The translations under genes were made by a program, and so were the position numbers. This document shows positions 19,073 through 29,005 of a stretch of DNA of 57,987 bases, piece by piece; positions within the stretch are counted from its first letter, which is position 1; each line of letters opens with the position of its first letter. Source of the stretch: a virus (lineage: Duplodnaviria; Caudoviricetes); IMG/VR virus record IMGVR_UViG_3300043411_001582, positions 1 to 57,987 of that record. One strand, 5' to 3'. The notes under the pieces are model-generated. The model was not told where the DNA came from. It saw nothing but the letters and a program-made list of their open reading frames with translations, and did no database searches.

Positions 19073-20458
19073 ATGAACATTCTTTCTTTACTTGACAAAA
19101 ACGGTAATCTTAGCTCACGAAAGATTACAAAAGAAATTGCTGAAGAAGCTATTTCAAAAACCGAATGGCTTCCTTCTACAGCCACCACTTGTGAGCGTCT
19201 TTGGAACTTACACCATTCATTCACTGGATACGAAAAATTCTGTCAATGTGGATTTCCAATAACCACATTCGAATCATGGAAATTAGGCTATCGTCCCAAT
19301 TCATGTTCTTTCGAATGTGGAATGAAATATGCAAATAGACCTGGACTTTCTGTAGAAGAGAAACAGAGACGACAACTAGAAAAAATTGAGTCGAATAGAA
19401 CAAAGAACACTCGTGCAAAAGAGACTAGATTAAAAACCAATCTAGAAAAGTATGGTGTTGCTTTACCGTGGATGATGCCTGGTGCAAAAGAAAAGATTCT
19501 GAAAGACAAACTATTTAGATTTGCTGAAAAATGGATTACTGAATTAGAACAAGCTGAAACTAAAGCCTTGTTTGATCCTAAAGACTACACTTCAAATAGG
19601 CTTCGCTATCAAGTTCAGTGTCTGAAGTGCAATTCGGAATATGGTTTACATCGCCTGCATTGGACAACAGATAAAGGCAAAACTTGTCCTACTTGTTATT
19701 CAAAGAATTCTAGTTCTGGCCAACATGAGATGAATGATTGGATTAGAAGCCTAGGCGTGAAAACAAGGTTAAATGATCGTAAGGTCTTTAAAGGCAAATT
19801 TGAAATAGACATCTATGTAGCATCGGCTAATTTGGCTATTGAGTTTGACGGATTGTACTGGCACTCTGAAAAAGGTAGACCTAATATCAAAGAAGAAAGC
19901 TTTGCTAAATTTTTAGCATTTAGAAATAAAGGTCTAAACCATTTGATGATTTTTGAAGATGATTGGAATGACAAGAGGGATCAAGTTAAAGAACTAATTA
20001 AAGAAGCTTTAGGATTTAACGAGGAAGTTGAAGCAGAACCTGAATTTATTAAAAAGGAAGAAGCTAAAGCCTTTCTAGAAAAATATCATATCAACGGATT
20101 TGTGGAGGCTGATATATTTGTTGGGCAAAAACTTAATTGGCAAATTAGAACGCTAATGTCATTTTCTGCTAGTGGATTAGAAATTAAACAAATCTATAAA
20201 CCAAATACAGAGCTTTTAGAATTTGCCATTTATGAACTAGAGGTCAATAAAGTAATAGCATTAGAAGATAATCGTTTGCCGAGAAGGTTCTTTAGAACAA
20301 ACTTTGTCGAGACAGAACAAATTCAGCAAGTCTGTTTCTATATCAATTCCAGTGGCAAAAGATTCAAAACTAAAGAATCAGAGAAGCACTATAGAGTTTG
20401 GGATCTTGGACACACAAAATTAGAATTATCCATAAATACTTCTTTTAAGAATCATTGA
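19073..20458 (+). CDS. Hef-like homing endonuclease (C-terminal domain degenerate)
   Basis: TNLEKYG, CPTC, EIDIY...LAIEFDGLYWHS. Confidence 0.75.
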   Translation: MNILSLLDKNGNLSSRKITKEIAEEAISKTEWLPSTATTCERLWNLHHSFTGYEKFCQCGFPITTFESWKLGYRPNSCSFECGMKYANRPGLSVEEKQRRQLEKIESNRTKNTRAKETRLKTNLEKYGVALPWMMPGAKEKILKDKLFRFAEKWITELEQAETKALFDPKDYTSNRLRYQVQCLKCNSEYGLHRLHWTTDKGKTCPTCYSKNSSSGQHEMNDWIRSLGVKTRLNDRKVFKGKFEIDIYVASANLAIEFDGLYWHSEKGRPNIKEESFAKFLAFRNKGLNHLMIFEDDWNDKRDQVKELIKEALGFNEEVEAEPEFIKKEEAKAFLEKYHINGFVEADIFVGQKLNWQIRTLMSFSASGLEIKQIYKPNTELLEFAIYELEVNKVIALEDNRLPRRFFRTNFVETEQIQQVCFYINSSGKRFKTKESEKHYRVWDLGHTKLELSINTSFKNH

Positions 20459-20460
20459 TT

Positions 20461-20934
20461 ATGAAACTACACGAATTATTTGAAGACCAAGAAAGATCTG
20501 TTCTTTCAGTAATGGGCAAGCAACCAGAACATGTTAATGGCTCCTTCTTTTGTTCTTACAATAAGCTTACTTCTCTGAAAGGCGGCCCATCTTCTGTAGG
20601 TGATGATTTCAATTGTCACGGTAACAATCTGACTTCACTAGAAGGCGCGCCATCTTCGGTAGGTGGTAATTTATCTTGTTTCAACAACAAGCTTACATCT
20701 CTACACAACATCCACAAGCAAATTAAGCACATTGGTGGCTTTGCCACATTTAATGATAATCCGATTACATCTCATGTGCTTGGATTACTTTTGATAGATG
20801 GTTTACAGAAAGTTTTTCTTGATAATATGAAAGTACGTGTCATTATCAATAAACACTTGAAAGGCGATCGAGACATCTTCGCTTGTCAAGAAGAATTGAT
20901 CGAAGCCGATTATGAGGAGTATGCGCAATTATGA
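20461..20934 (+). CDS. LRR family paralogue 3
   Basis: MKLHELFE leader, 3 LRRs, C-cap; late promoter CATAAATA 20431-20438. Confidence 0.85.
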   Translation: MKLHELFEDQERSVLSVMGKQPEHVNGSFFCSYNKLTSLKGGPSSVGDDFNCHGNNLTSLEGAPSSVGGNLSCFNNKLTSLHNIHKQIKHIGGFATFNDNPITSHVLGLLLIDGLQKVFLDNMKVRVIINKHLKGDRDIFACQEELIEADYEEYAQL

Positions 20935-21485
20935 AACTACACGAATTATTTGAAACCACTGGCAAAAGCTTTAGAGACGTCTATGGTGATGAACTCGGCG
21001 AAGAACCCGACCAGTATAATGGAAGTCTCAGCTGCAATAAAATGTCTCTTACTTCTTTAGAAGGCTGCCCAAGGAAGATCATGGGCGATTTCTCATGTTT
21101 TAATAATCAGCTAACGTCATTAAAAGGCGGACCCGAATATGTGGATGATATTTTTACATGTACTAATAATGAGATAGAGACTTTAGAAGGATGTCCGTCT
21201 TATCTTGGCAATGATGCTTATTTTAATCACAACAATCTTACGTCACTTCATAATGTCCATAAGCATATAAAAACGTTAAAAGGGTCATTTATTAGTTTTG
21301 CCAACAATCCAATCAAGTCACATGTGCTAGGATTACTTTTGATCGATGGGTTATATGGAGTAATTCTTGATAACGATGAAGTTAGTGAAATTATTGATAA
21401 GCATTTAGCACCAGACATGCGTGATGTCTTTGCTTGTCAAGAAGAATTGATTGAAGCGGGATATGAGGAGTTTGCACAGCTCTGA
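20931..21485 (+). CDS. LRR family paralogue 4
   Basis: MKLHELFE leader, 4 LRRs, C-cap. Confidence 0.85.
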   Translation: MKLHELFETTGKSFRDVYGDELGEEPDQYNGSLSCNKMSLTSLEGCPRKIMGDFSCFNNQLTSLKGGPEYVDDIFTCTNNEIETLEGCPSYLGNDAYFNHNNLTSLHNVHKHIKTLKGSFISFANNPIKSHVLGLLLIDGLYGVILDNDEVSEIIDKHLAPDMRDVFACQEELIEAGYEEFAQL

Positions 21486-21541
21486 TTGTCCTGAATTACA
21501 TAAATAGACTTATCTATCATTTTACTTGGTAAGTTTATCCT

Positions 21542-22993
21542 ATGGCTTTTTCAGTTGATTCACTTTTAAAAGACGCAAAAGTCTCTCTTGAAAAAACGGC
21601 AGTCGATCAGTTTGGTGCCGTAGTTGAAGACTTTGGCAAACAGGTTGGGTCTGTCTTTGGGGACTTAGAAAAGGGAATCTTTTCTGCTAAGGGTGGCAGA
21701 CCTAAATCAGCAAATTCAAATCCACAGAGATCCTGGGATGCTACTTCTTATGCAGCTCATCTTGCAGGCGGAACAGATTATCGACCTAAGTTAAAATTCT
21801 TATTCAAAGTCGAATTCATCTTTAATGCCGAGGCATTAAAGATGATCAATAAGATAGATCCACTTTTTGTAAAAAAGTCTAAAGAATGCACCTTTATGAT
21901 CAAGTCTGTAGATCGTCCTAAGATCGACTTTGAATATGAAGAAGAAGTGAATATGTATAACTTCAGAACCAAGGTTCTGAAGAAGGTTCGCCACCGCGAC
22001 TTGACTGTTGTATTCATGGACGATACTGGAAATCGGGTATTTGATTTCTTTAGAATTCTGATGATGATCCATTCTCCCATTACAACACGCCAGTTGTCCC
22101 GTGACGGAACGATGACACAGCCGAATGCATCTTCTCTTTTAAACGGTTCTGGCATGGCATTTACTGGCACCAACACAGATAATGCACATCGACAAGTAGT
22201 TAATTCAGAATTTGGAAATTCAATTGAAGCTATTAGAGTAAAACAAATCTTTATTGATCCTAGTCCGACAGAAGGTGTTGAGACCATGCTGAAGATGGTC
22301 TCCTTTGATTTTATGAATCCAAGAATTGTATCATTTGATTTAGATGATCTATCTCATGAATCGAATGAGGTTGTTTTGATGACTATGGTTTTTGATTATG
22401 ACTGGATGGAGATGGTTAAAATCGGGTCATTAGGTGCTAATGGGAATACCTGGGGTGACGATCAAAAAAATGTTATCGTATCGCCCAATATCACTCAGGC
22501 ACCGAGCGATATTTCATCACATAAAACTTCAGGTGGAAAGGCTAAGGCACCTGGTGGAAATGCGGCTTCAAATCCGAATGGACCAAAAGATGCAGCGGCA
22601 CTTGGTAAATCAAACAATAAAAGCAATCCATTTGCTGATACATTGTCAAGTCTCCTTGGACGTCAGATGACTAACATTACCAACGATGCTATTAATAAGA
22701 TCATTCCACAAGGTGGGGGCGGTCTTCAAGGTAAGCTTTCAGGCATTCTTGGGGATCAATCCAAAAAACTTCTTGCACCTATTACTGGAATTATTCAGCG
22801 AACAGCTAATGAGAAGTTAACCTCAGTAGCTAATGGCGTTGTGGATTATGGTAAAGAAACTTTTTCTAGCATTAAAAATAAAGTCATAGTAAATGATTCG
22901 TCTACGCCAGGGCCAGATACTCCAACAGCCGTAGTCTCATCGACTCCGGCAATAATACCTGTTCAACCAGTGTCGCCTTATCCAATAGCATAA
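21542..22993 (+). CDS. tube-fold baseplate protein (tail tube initiator, gp54/gp48-like)
   Basis: PKLKFLFKVEF, KSVDRPK, N.YN, FMDD, M.FDYD pattern parallels the tube protein; late promoter 21499-21506. Confidence 0.6.
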   Translation: MAFSVDSLLKDAKVSLEKTAVDQFGAVVEDFGKQVGSVFGDLEKGIFSAKGGRPKSANSNPQRSWDATSYAAHLAGGTDYRPKLKFLFKVEFIFNAEALKMINKIDPLFVKKSKECTFMIKSVDRPKIDFEYEEEVNMYNFRTKVLKKVRHRDLTVVFMDDTGNRVFDFFRILMMIHSPITTRQLSRDGTMTQPNASSLLNGSGMAFTGTNTDNAHRQVVNSEFGNSIEAIRVKQIFIDPSPTEGVETMLKMVSFDFMNPRIVSFDLDDLSHESNEVVLMTMVFDYDWMEMVKIGSLGANGNTWGDDQKNVIVSPNITQAPSDISSHKTSGGKAKAPGGNAASNPNGPKDAAALGKSNNKSNPFADTLSSLLGRQMTNITNDAINKIIPQGGGGLQGKLSGILGDQSKKLLAPITGIIQRTANEKLTSVANGVVDYGKETFSSIKNKVIVNDSSTPGPDTPTAVVSSTPAIIPVQPVSPYPIA

Positions 22994-23006
22994 CTTCGGT
23001 ACAAGA

Positions 23007-23465
23007 ATGGCTACTAAATTTGCAAATGGAAGATTCATTCCACAGAATCCACAGAAGTATGTGGGCGATGTTCGCCAGATTTTCTGGAGGTCAAGTTGGG
23101 AATACAAATTTATGTTGTGGCTTGACAAGAATAATGCTGTGCTGCGCTGGGGTTCGGAATCCTTAGCAATACCTTATATCAATCCACTTGATAATAAAGT
23201 ACATAAATACTATCCGGACATGATTATTATGTATATTGATAATAGTGGTCAAGTTAAAAAAGAAATCATTGAGATCAAACCTTACAAACAAACAGTTGCC
23301 ACTCCTAAAATGTCAGAACGTGATAAACTTGCTGTGATTGTGAATCAAGCTAAATGGAAGTATGCTGCCGAATGGGCACAGCGAAATGGGGCCGAATTTC
23401 GTATATTAACGGAGCGGAACCTATTTTTACAGAAGGCTAAGAAAGTCAAAGGAACTTCAGTATGA
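23007..23465 (+). CDS. gp4: head completion protein (gp4-like, TnsA-type nuclease fold)
   Basis: P.NPQKY.GD, RSSWE, WGSE...IPY, YYPD, EIKP, NQAKW, FRILTE. Confidence 0.9.
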   Translation: MATKFANGRFIPQNPQKYVGDVRQIFWRSSWEYKFMLWLDKNNAVLRWGSESLAIPYINPLDNKVHKYYPDMIIMYIDNSGQVKKEIIEIKPYKQTVATPKMSERDKLAVIVNQAKWKYAAEWAQRNGAEFRILTERNLFLQKAKKVKGTSV

Positions 23466-23896
23466 AAAAAATGGTTAATCCACTAGATACCTTCTTCGAT
23501 ACTCCGCCTATCGATATAGAAGACAATGCAATTGTGACTACTGAAGGTGCTCTTGCCAATATTCAAGGTACCGAAGCTCCTCCTGAAAAGGATGCTGAAG
23601 ACGTTCAGATTGATAGTAAAATTGATGAAGTATATGATGCAGCTATGCAAGCGTATAATACTCAAACTCAATTTGCTAAAATTCTAGAACCAAGATATGC
23701 GGCACGAAACGGTGAGGTCGCAGCTAACTTTCTAAACATCGCTCTGAATGCTGCCTCGGTTCGTGCTAAAGTCAAAGGCGATCGTAAGAAGAATGCCCAA
23801 TTTATTCCATTCACTAATAACAAAGCCAGCGGAACCGTAGTAGCTTCTAGAGAAGATATTATGAAGATGCTAGCTATCGATGCTGATACAAAATGA
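23462..23896 (+). CDS. putative terminase small subunit
   Basis: EPRYAARNGEVA helix and C-terminal ASREDIMKML resemble gp16-like proteins. Confidence 0.5.
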   Translation: MKKMVNPLDTFFDTPPIDIEDNAIVTTEGALANIQGTEAPPEKDAEDVQIDSKIDEVYDAAMQAYNTQTQFAKILEPRYAARNGEVAANFLNIALNAASVRAKVKGDRKKNAQFIPFTNNKASGTVVASREDIMKMLAIDADTK

Positions 23897-25026
23897 TTAC
23901 TTTCAAACAATTCCTTACTGAAGAATTCCTGATAGAAGCTTCCTCAGGCGAAGCAAAATGGGATAAGTATTTTGGCAATGTAGATGTTGAAACCATTGCT
24001 AAGAATGATTCTAAGCTTTATGATGTCTTTGGGAATTTGGTAGACAAAGAAATAAAGAAAGGCGATACACTTACCGTTCTTGCTGCTGATTACGATACTA
24101 AGCCTAGAATTAGAATCGGCAAGGGCGAGTATAGGATGAAGTTTGCTGACATCGACAAACCATTCAAAATCAATCTTGCTGTTCGTGGTAATTTAAAACC
24201 AGATGTCTTAAAGATCACCGGCAAAATTAAATTGTCAGATTTAAACAAACGGATTAAGAAAGCTATTGATGCTGATTCAGGAATTCCTGATGCGCAAGGA
24301 GAATATCTAAAAGCTTTAGTTGATCTTGCCGAAGATATGGATGATAAAGATTTTGCTGATACAGTAAAAGAATTATTCGAATCCGCCGGAGTAAAGGAAG
24401 ATAAGGCACTTCAAAATACTATCAACAATGATTTTATGGAATGTCTTGGACCATTCTTTGTAGCCGATGAAATGTCTGAATATAAAAATTCAGATGTATT
24501 ATTTCCGACTTCTGGAAGTGAACCGCTATATGACTTCGAAATGATTATTAAAGATCCAACTCAGTTCTCGTCTAAGCGAAGTGGCGGACATTCTAATACT
24601 CTGAAGGCAGCTCAAGTGTTTACTGCTGCATCTAAAGACTCTAAGCTTAAAAAGAAATATTCTAAAGAGCTAGAGCTTCTTAAAATCATCACCGAAAATA
24701 CTGTTCGTAATGCACCTGGTCTAATCAATACCTGGCTTGCTGAAAACTTTAGGGATTATAAAATTGCTCCAGCACCTACAGACAATACTACTATTGCCAG
24801 ACTAGAGGCAGCAGTTGTAAAGTTTATCACCTTACATTCTAAGTTGAATTTTGTACCATTAGTTAAAGAAGCAATTCCGGATCTTTGGTACGTCAAGTCT
24901 AAATTAAAGGCGGATGGGACTATTAAAGTAGAACCTTTAAAGAATGGACGAGACATTGATAAGACAGAATTGAGAAGTAAATCTTCTCCGGGCCATCTGG
25001 CTGATAAGCTTGGATTTGTGGTCTAA
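23893..25026 (+). CDS. putative internal head protein, possible PD-(D/E)xK-like fold
   Basis: MITFKQFLTE leader; FMEC...FP....EPLYDF...SSK pattern. Confidence 0.45.
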   Translation: MITFKQFLTEEFLIEASSGEAKWDKYFGNVDVETIAKNDSKLYDVFGNLVDKEIKKGDTLTVLAADYDTKPRIRIGKGEYRMKFADIDKPFKINLAVRGNLKPDVLKITGKIKLSDLNKRIKKAIDADSGIPDAQGEYLKALVDLAEDMDDKDFADTVKELFESAGVKEDKALQNTINNDFMECLGPFFVADEMSEYKNSDVLFPTSGSEPLYDFEMIIKDPTQFSSKRSGGHSNTLKAAQVFTAASKDSKLKKKYSKELELLKIITENTVRNAPGLINTWLAENFRDYKIAPAPTDNTTIARLEAAVVKFITLHSKLNFVPLVKEAIPDLWYVKSKLKADGTIKVEPLKNGRDIDKTELRSKSSPGHLADKLGFVV

Positions 25027-25075
25027 AGACTTCTTTTTCCAATAAATAAAGAACACATCCATTTGAAAGATTACT

Positions 25076-26629
25076 ATGAGCATTCTGAAAGAATTATCAC
25101 AAATCATTAACCCTATTACCGAAGGTGTTGATAAACCTACTTGCTGTAAAGTCGGAGATACCGTCTGGGCTAAAGATCCTTTTAACAAAGCAAAAACTGT
25201 TACTGGCAAAGTTAAGCGCGTCGGACGGACCTCTTATACACTAACCTTGAAAGATGGATCAGAAGAAACTTATCCGCACAAAGATGTAAGCGCCGATTAC
25301 GATATAGTGAATCCAAAAACCAAACGCAAGATTGATGAGGTGTCGACCGCAGCACTTGGAAGATACAAGAAAAAAGCCGGAGAAGATGCCAGTTCCAAAG
25401 ATAAAGAAGCCGATATTGCTTTTAAGGACGGTGATCTTGAGACTGGAAAGAAACTGACTAAGAAGGCAGACAAAAGGTTTTCTGGTATTGTTAAAGCTAC
25501 TAAAAAACAATTTGACAATGACAAATCATTAGAAGAACAATTGCTTGAAAATGCCGAACTTCACAAGTTAGGCAAACAATTAAAAGGGGATAAGGAAGAA
25601 GGTGCCACTGGCGACGTAGAGGCTGAAGAATCTAAACCAGCACCGTATGGTGTCGAAATTGGACAAGTCTACGTACCAGCCGATGGATCTACAGGAGAAC
25701 TTACTGTAGTCGGATTGGACATTGAAAAGGACGATGCAATAGTTCAGGATTCTGATACGGGCGAAGAACGCAATATTGATTTGTTTAAGCTAGCCAAAGT
25801 TCGTTATAAACTTAAAGACGAACAGGCACCATCTGAAGAAGAACCTGTTTCTGATGAATCAACCGCTGAAGTACCTTCAGAAGAGTCTGAATCAACAGAA
25901 GCTGATCCAAAAGCTTTTGACATCGGTGACATCGTTATTCCGAATGCAGGCAATCATAAAGGCGAACGTCATGAAATCACAAAGATTAAAAGCGACGGAC
26001 GTTTAGTAATCAAACCAAAAGACCTAGAAGGTGAAGCTGTAAAATACCGTAATGGTGCAATTATCGCTAAACCAGAAGATGTGGTTCTGGCTGAATCTTA
26101 TAAGGACGCATTCAAAGGTTTTAAGTTATTTGACAAGAACGCAACTTTGATGTCGCAGGTAAATGTTCCACTTAATGAAGCGGATAAGAAAGCCGAATGG
26201 GAAGCCGAAATTAAAAAGGTTCATCCAGATTTAGTAGGCAAGATGAAGTTTAAGAATCGTATCGAACAAGGCAAAGATACTACCTCTGCTGAAATCGGTG
26301 ATCGTTCCTATGGAGTCTTTGATAACGATACTAATAAAGGTAAAGTTTTCAAGTTGAATGAAAGTGTCAAATCTGTAAAAGACTCTAATAGGTTTATTTC
26401 TAGACTTACTGCTAAATTGAAACCACTTGGATTTGAATATGACCGAGATAGTTGGGTTGATTCAAATAAAAACTTCGTCAAAATGGCCATTGATATGGAT
26501 GAAAAAGATGGTTGGATTACTTGGTCTGCCGGCAAAAAAGCTAAAGTTATTTTTAGAGGAAGTGTAGGCTTTGATAAGGCACAAGACGTATTAGACAAAA
26601 TTATAGCATTTGCTAATAGTGCAAAATGA
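25076..26629 (+). CDS. multi-module acidic/lysine-rich putative internal head protein
   Basis: three SH3/KOW-like G(D/Q)xV modules separated by ITE/IDE/LLE/LAE/LNE sites; late promoter 25041-25048. Confidence 0.5.
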   Translation: MSILKELSQIINPITEGVDKPTCCKVGDTVWAKDPFNKAKTVTGKVKRVGRTSYTLTLKDGSEETYPHKDVSADYDIVNPKTKRKIDEVSTAALGRYKKKAGEDASSKDKEADIAFKDGDLETGKKLTKKADKRFSGIVKATKKQFDNDKSLEEQLLENAELHKLGKQLKGDKEEGATGDVEAEESKPAPYGVEIGQVYVPADGSTGELTVVGLDIEKDDAIVQDSDTGEERNIDLFKLAKVRYKLKDEQAPSEEEPVSDESTAEVPSEESESTEADPKAFDIGDIVIPNAGNHKGERHEITKIKSDGRLVIKPKDLEGEAVKYRNGAIIAKPEDVVLAESYKDAFKGFKLFDKNATLMSQVNVPLNEADKKAEWEAEIKKVHPDLVGKMKFKNRIEQGKDTTSAEIGDRSYGVFDNDTNKGKVFKLNESVKSVKDSNRFISRLTAKLKPLGFEYDRDSWVDSNKNFVKMAIDMDEKDGWITWSAGKKAKVIFRGSVGFDKAQDVLDKIIAFANSAK

Positions 26630-27192
26630 TTACGTTTAAACAATTTCTGTTAGAAATTACGGCCTCCACTAAAGATGGCCATAAAATTACTACTTACTTT
26701 GAAACTGCACAGGGATCAAAATATGTTTTGTCAGAAAAAGGTGAAAGCAAACGAATCAAATCATTACACGACAACACCGGCCCTGATGATGTAGGCCTTA
26801 AAGATTGGATGCAACATTGTGTGTTTGCCGATCCAAAGGATGAAAAGTCGGCTAATGCATTTCAATTTTTAATGAATTATCATGATAACATTTTAATTTC
26901 GGCTAAAAATGGTAAGATTACTTTTATGGTTGTCGATAATAAACAATGGCGAAATGCTACATTTGGGGATGCTTATCCTAAAGCAGCAAAAGAACCTGAA
27001 CATAGCGATAAAAAAGATAATATCCTTTCATTTACCTACGTCAAAGATCCAAAAATGGGTTATCTTTGTGTAGAGTTTGATGTCAGAACAAACCAAACTG
27101 TTTCTAGTTATCATTGCGGTAGCCCAGTATCAAAGATTAAAAAACTTTCTGATATGTCTGAAACAGAGTTAAGAGCATTTCAAACAAAATAA
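26626..27192 (+). CDS. putative internal head protein
   Basis: MITFKQFLLE leader. Confidence 0.55.
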   Translation: MITFKQFLLEITASTKDGHKITTYFETAQGSKYVLSEKGESKRIKSLHDNTGPDDVGLKDWMQHCVFADPKDEKSANAFQFLMNYHDNILISAKNGKITFMVVDNKQWRNATFGDAYPKAAKEPEHSDKKDNILSFTYVKDPKMGYLCVEFDVRTNQTVSSYHCGSPVSKIKKLSDMSETELRAFQTK

Positions 27193-27193
27193 T

Positions 27194-27541
27194 ATGATGA
27201 CCTTTAAACAATTCCTGTTAGAAGCTGTTAAAGGCGATGAAGGCCATTATCCTGAAGATACTTCAGAACGAGCTATGATTCATCGAATCATTCAGTTGAA
27301 TAATCTTGGTGGCAAAACCAAAGAGAACTATGATACGGCATATTCTTTTTTAGAGTCTGACTGGGGTGGTCAACTCTGGGACAAATACTACGAATTGTTC
27401 CATGAGAAGAATCCTAATTTTGAAGGACCAGCCAATATCCGAAGATTTTCTAAGTTCAAGAATGATTGTGTTGCTTGGTTCAACCACTGGAAGAACAATC
27501 GAACATTCAAGGGAACAACTCTAAGTAAACTAGACAACTAA
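27194..27541 (+). CDS. putative internal head protein
   Basis: MMTFKQFLLE leader. Confidence 0.55.
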   Translation: MMTFKQFLLEAVKGDEGHYPEDTSERAMIHRIIQLNNLGGKTKENYDTAYSFLESDWGGQLWDKYYELFHEKNPNFEGPANIRRFSKFKNDCVAWFNHWKNNRTFKGTTLSKLDN

Positions 27542-27546
27542 TAATC

Positions 27547-27903
27547 ATGTCTGAACTCTTAACACTTCTTTTCCAAGCAAGAAATATTGCTCATGTACTT
27601 CACTGGAAGTCTAAATCGTTTTCAATGCATCTAGCATTAGGTGAGCTATATGAAACCCTAATTTCTTTTGCTGATGACCTTGCTGAAATGTATATGGGAC
27701 GCCACGGTACTGATTTTGATATCGACGCAAATGCTACTTCTGATCTTGATCAACATGATGCAGCGAACTTCATAAAACAATTAGATGACAAACTCGAAGG
27801 AATGAAATCTACATTTGCACAAGAAGACTTCTTAATCAATAAGTTCGAAGAGTTGCAAGCTGTAGTTTCTCAAACACGTTACAAACTCGAAAATTTACGC
27901 TAA
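27547..27903 (+). CDS. ferritin/Dps-like four-helix protein (DUF5856-like)
   Basis: H..HW...SF..H.AL.E.YE.L...AD..AE...G pattern. Confidence 0.7.
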   Translation: MSELLTLLFQARNIAHVLHWKSKSFSMHLALGELYETLISFADDLAEMYMGRHGTDFDIDANATSDLDQHDAANFIKQLDDKLEGMKSTFAQEDFLINKFEELQAVVSQTRYKLENLR

Positions 27904-27912
27904 AGGTTAATA

Positions 27913-28278
27913 ATGTCAGAATTCAAAAAACTTGATGACCTTCCTAAAGGTAGACCAAATTCTTATGAAGAAGTTATGAAGGCTATGTCTGTACTTCATA
28001 AGTTATTGTTAAAGCAATCCGAAGCCTATGGTGGAAAGAACTCTAAGTATCTTCCGGCACAAGTGGTAGAAGGATCATTATTAAAATCCTTTGCAAATGA
28101 AGAGACTGAACTATTTGAAGGTTCAGAAGTAGATCGTTTACTAGGGATAGCCCATGATCGTGCTGAAGCTTTAAGTGATCATCTAAAATCTAAAGATGAT
28201 GAAAAGGCTATGAGGCTACTCGGTAGTCTTTTAAGAATGATTGGCGCCGCAATGGGTGCTAATCACGACGACAAATAA
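27913..28278 (+). CDS. hypothetical protein
   Basis: 121-aa ORF with AAAGG SD; internal ELFE motif. Confidence 0.6.
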   Translation: MSEFKKLDDLPKGRPNSYEEVMKAMSVLHKLLLKQSEAYGGKNSKYLPAQVVEGSLLKSFANEETELFEGSEVDRLLGIAHDRAEALSDHLKSKDDEKAMRLLGSLLRMIGAAMGANHDDK

Positions 28279-28303
28279 ATTGTATTTTAAGGAACCGCTA
28301 CAA

Positions 28304-28906
28304 ATGACAACACAACATTTAAAAACCATGCTTCAAGACATCATTAACGATCGTCCTGAACAAGCACAAGCCGCAATGCACGAGTACTTTATTGCTAAGT
28401 CACGTGAGTTGACGGAAGGTAGTTCATCAATGATTAACGAATCATCAGGAGGATCAATTCTTACGGTCTTAGGTAAGCAACCTGAAATATATAATAAATC
28501 ATTTAATTGTTCTGGAAAAAAGCTTACTTCATTAAAAGGGGCTCCAAAGGAAGTAGGCGGCGATTTTGATTGTACCGATAACGAACTTACTTCGCTAGAA
28601 GGAGCACCATCTTCTATTGCACACACTTTTAGATGTGCCGGTAATAATATTGATAATCTTTACAATATTCATAAGATTATTAAACATATTGGCGGTGATG
28701 CTGATTTTAGAAATAATCCAATTAACTCGCACATACTCGGATTATTTCATATAGGCGGGCTTGAAAGAGTATGGCTTAATCACAAAGGTGTTCAAGAAAT
28801 TGTTAATAAGTGTTTAGCTTTAAAGCCTGGTTCAGAGGTGGATAAGATTGATCGTTGTAGGGGTGAATTGATTGCCCATAACCTTGATGACTTTGCCAAG
28901 CTGTAA
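28304..28906 (+). CDS. LRR family paralogue 5, with a different (prohead-core-like) N-terminal helix
   Basis: ATG after AAGGA SD; MTTQHLKTMLQDIIND...HEYFIAKSRELTE...INE, then SILTVLGKQPE, 3 LRRs and a divergent C-cap. Confidence 0.8.
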   Translation: MTTQHLKTMLQDIINDRPEQAQAAMHEYFIAKSRELTEGSSSMINESSGGSILTVLGKQPEIYNKSFNCSGKKLTSLKGAPKEVGGDFDCTDNELTSLEGAPSSIAHTFRCAGNNIDNLYNIHKIIKHIGGDADFRNNPINSHILGLFHIGGLERVWLNHKGVQEIVNKCLALKPGSEVDKIDRCRGELIAHNLDDFAKL

Positions 28907-29005
28907 ATTTAAAAATCAGTATTTGAAAGTGAACTTTAGTTCCCTTTCTTGTTTATAAATTGTAACAACCGAACCTAAACTCAAAAATCATGATAGAATC
29001 TTATC

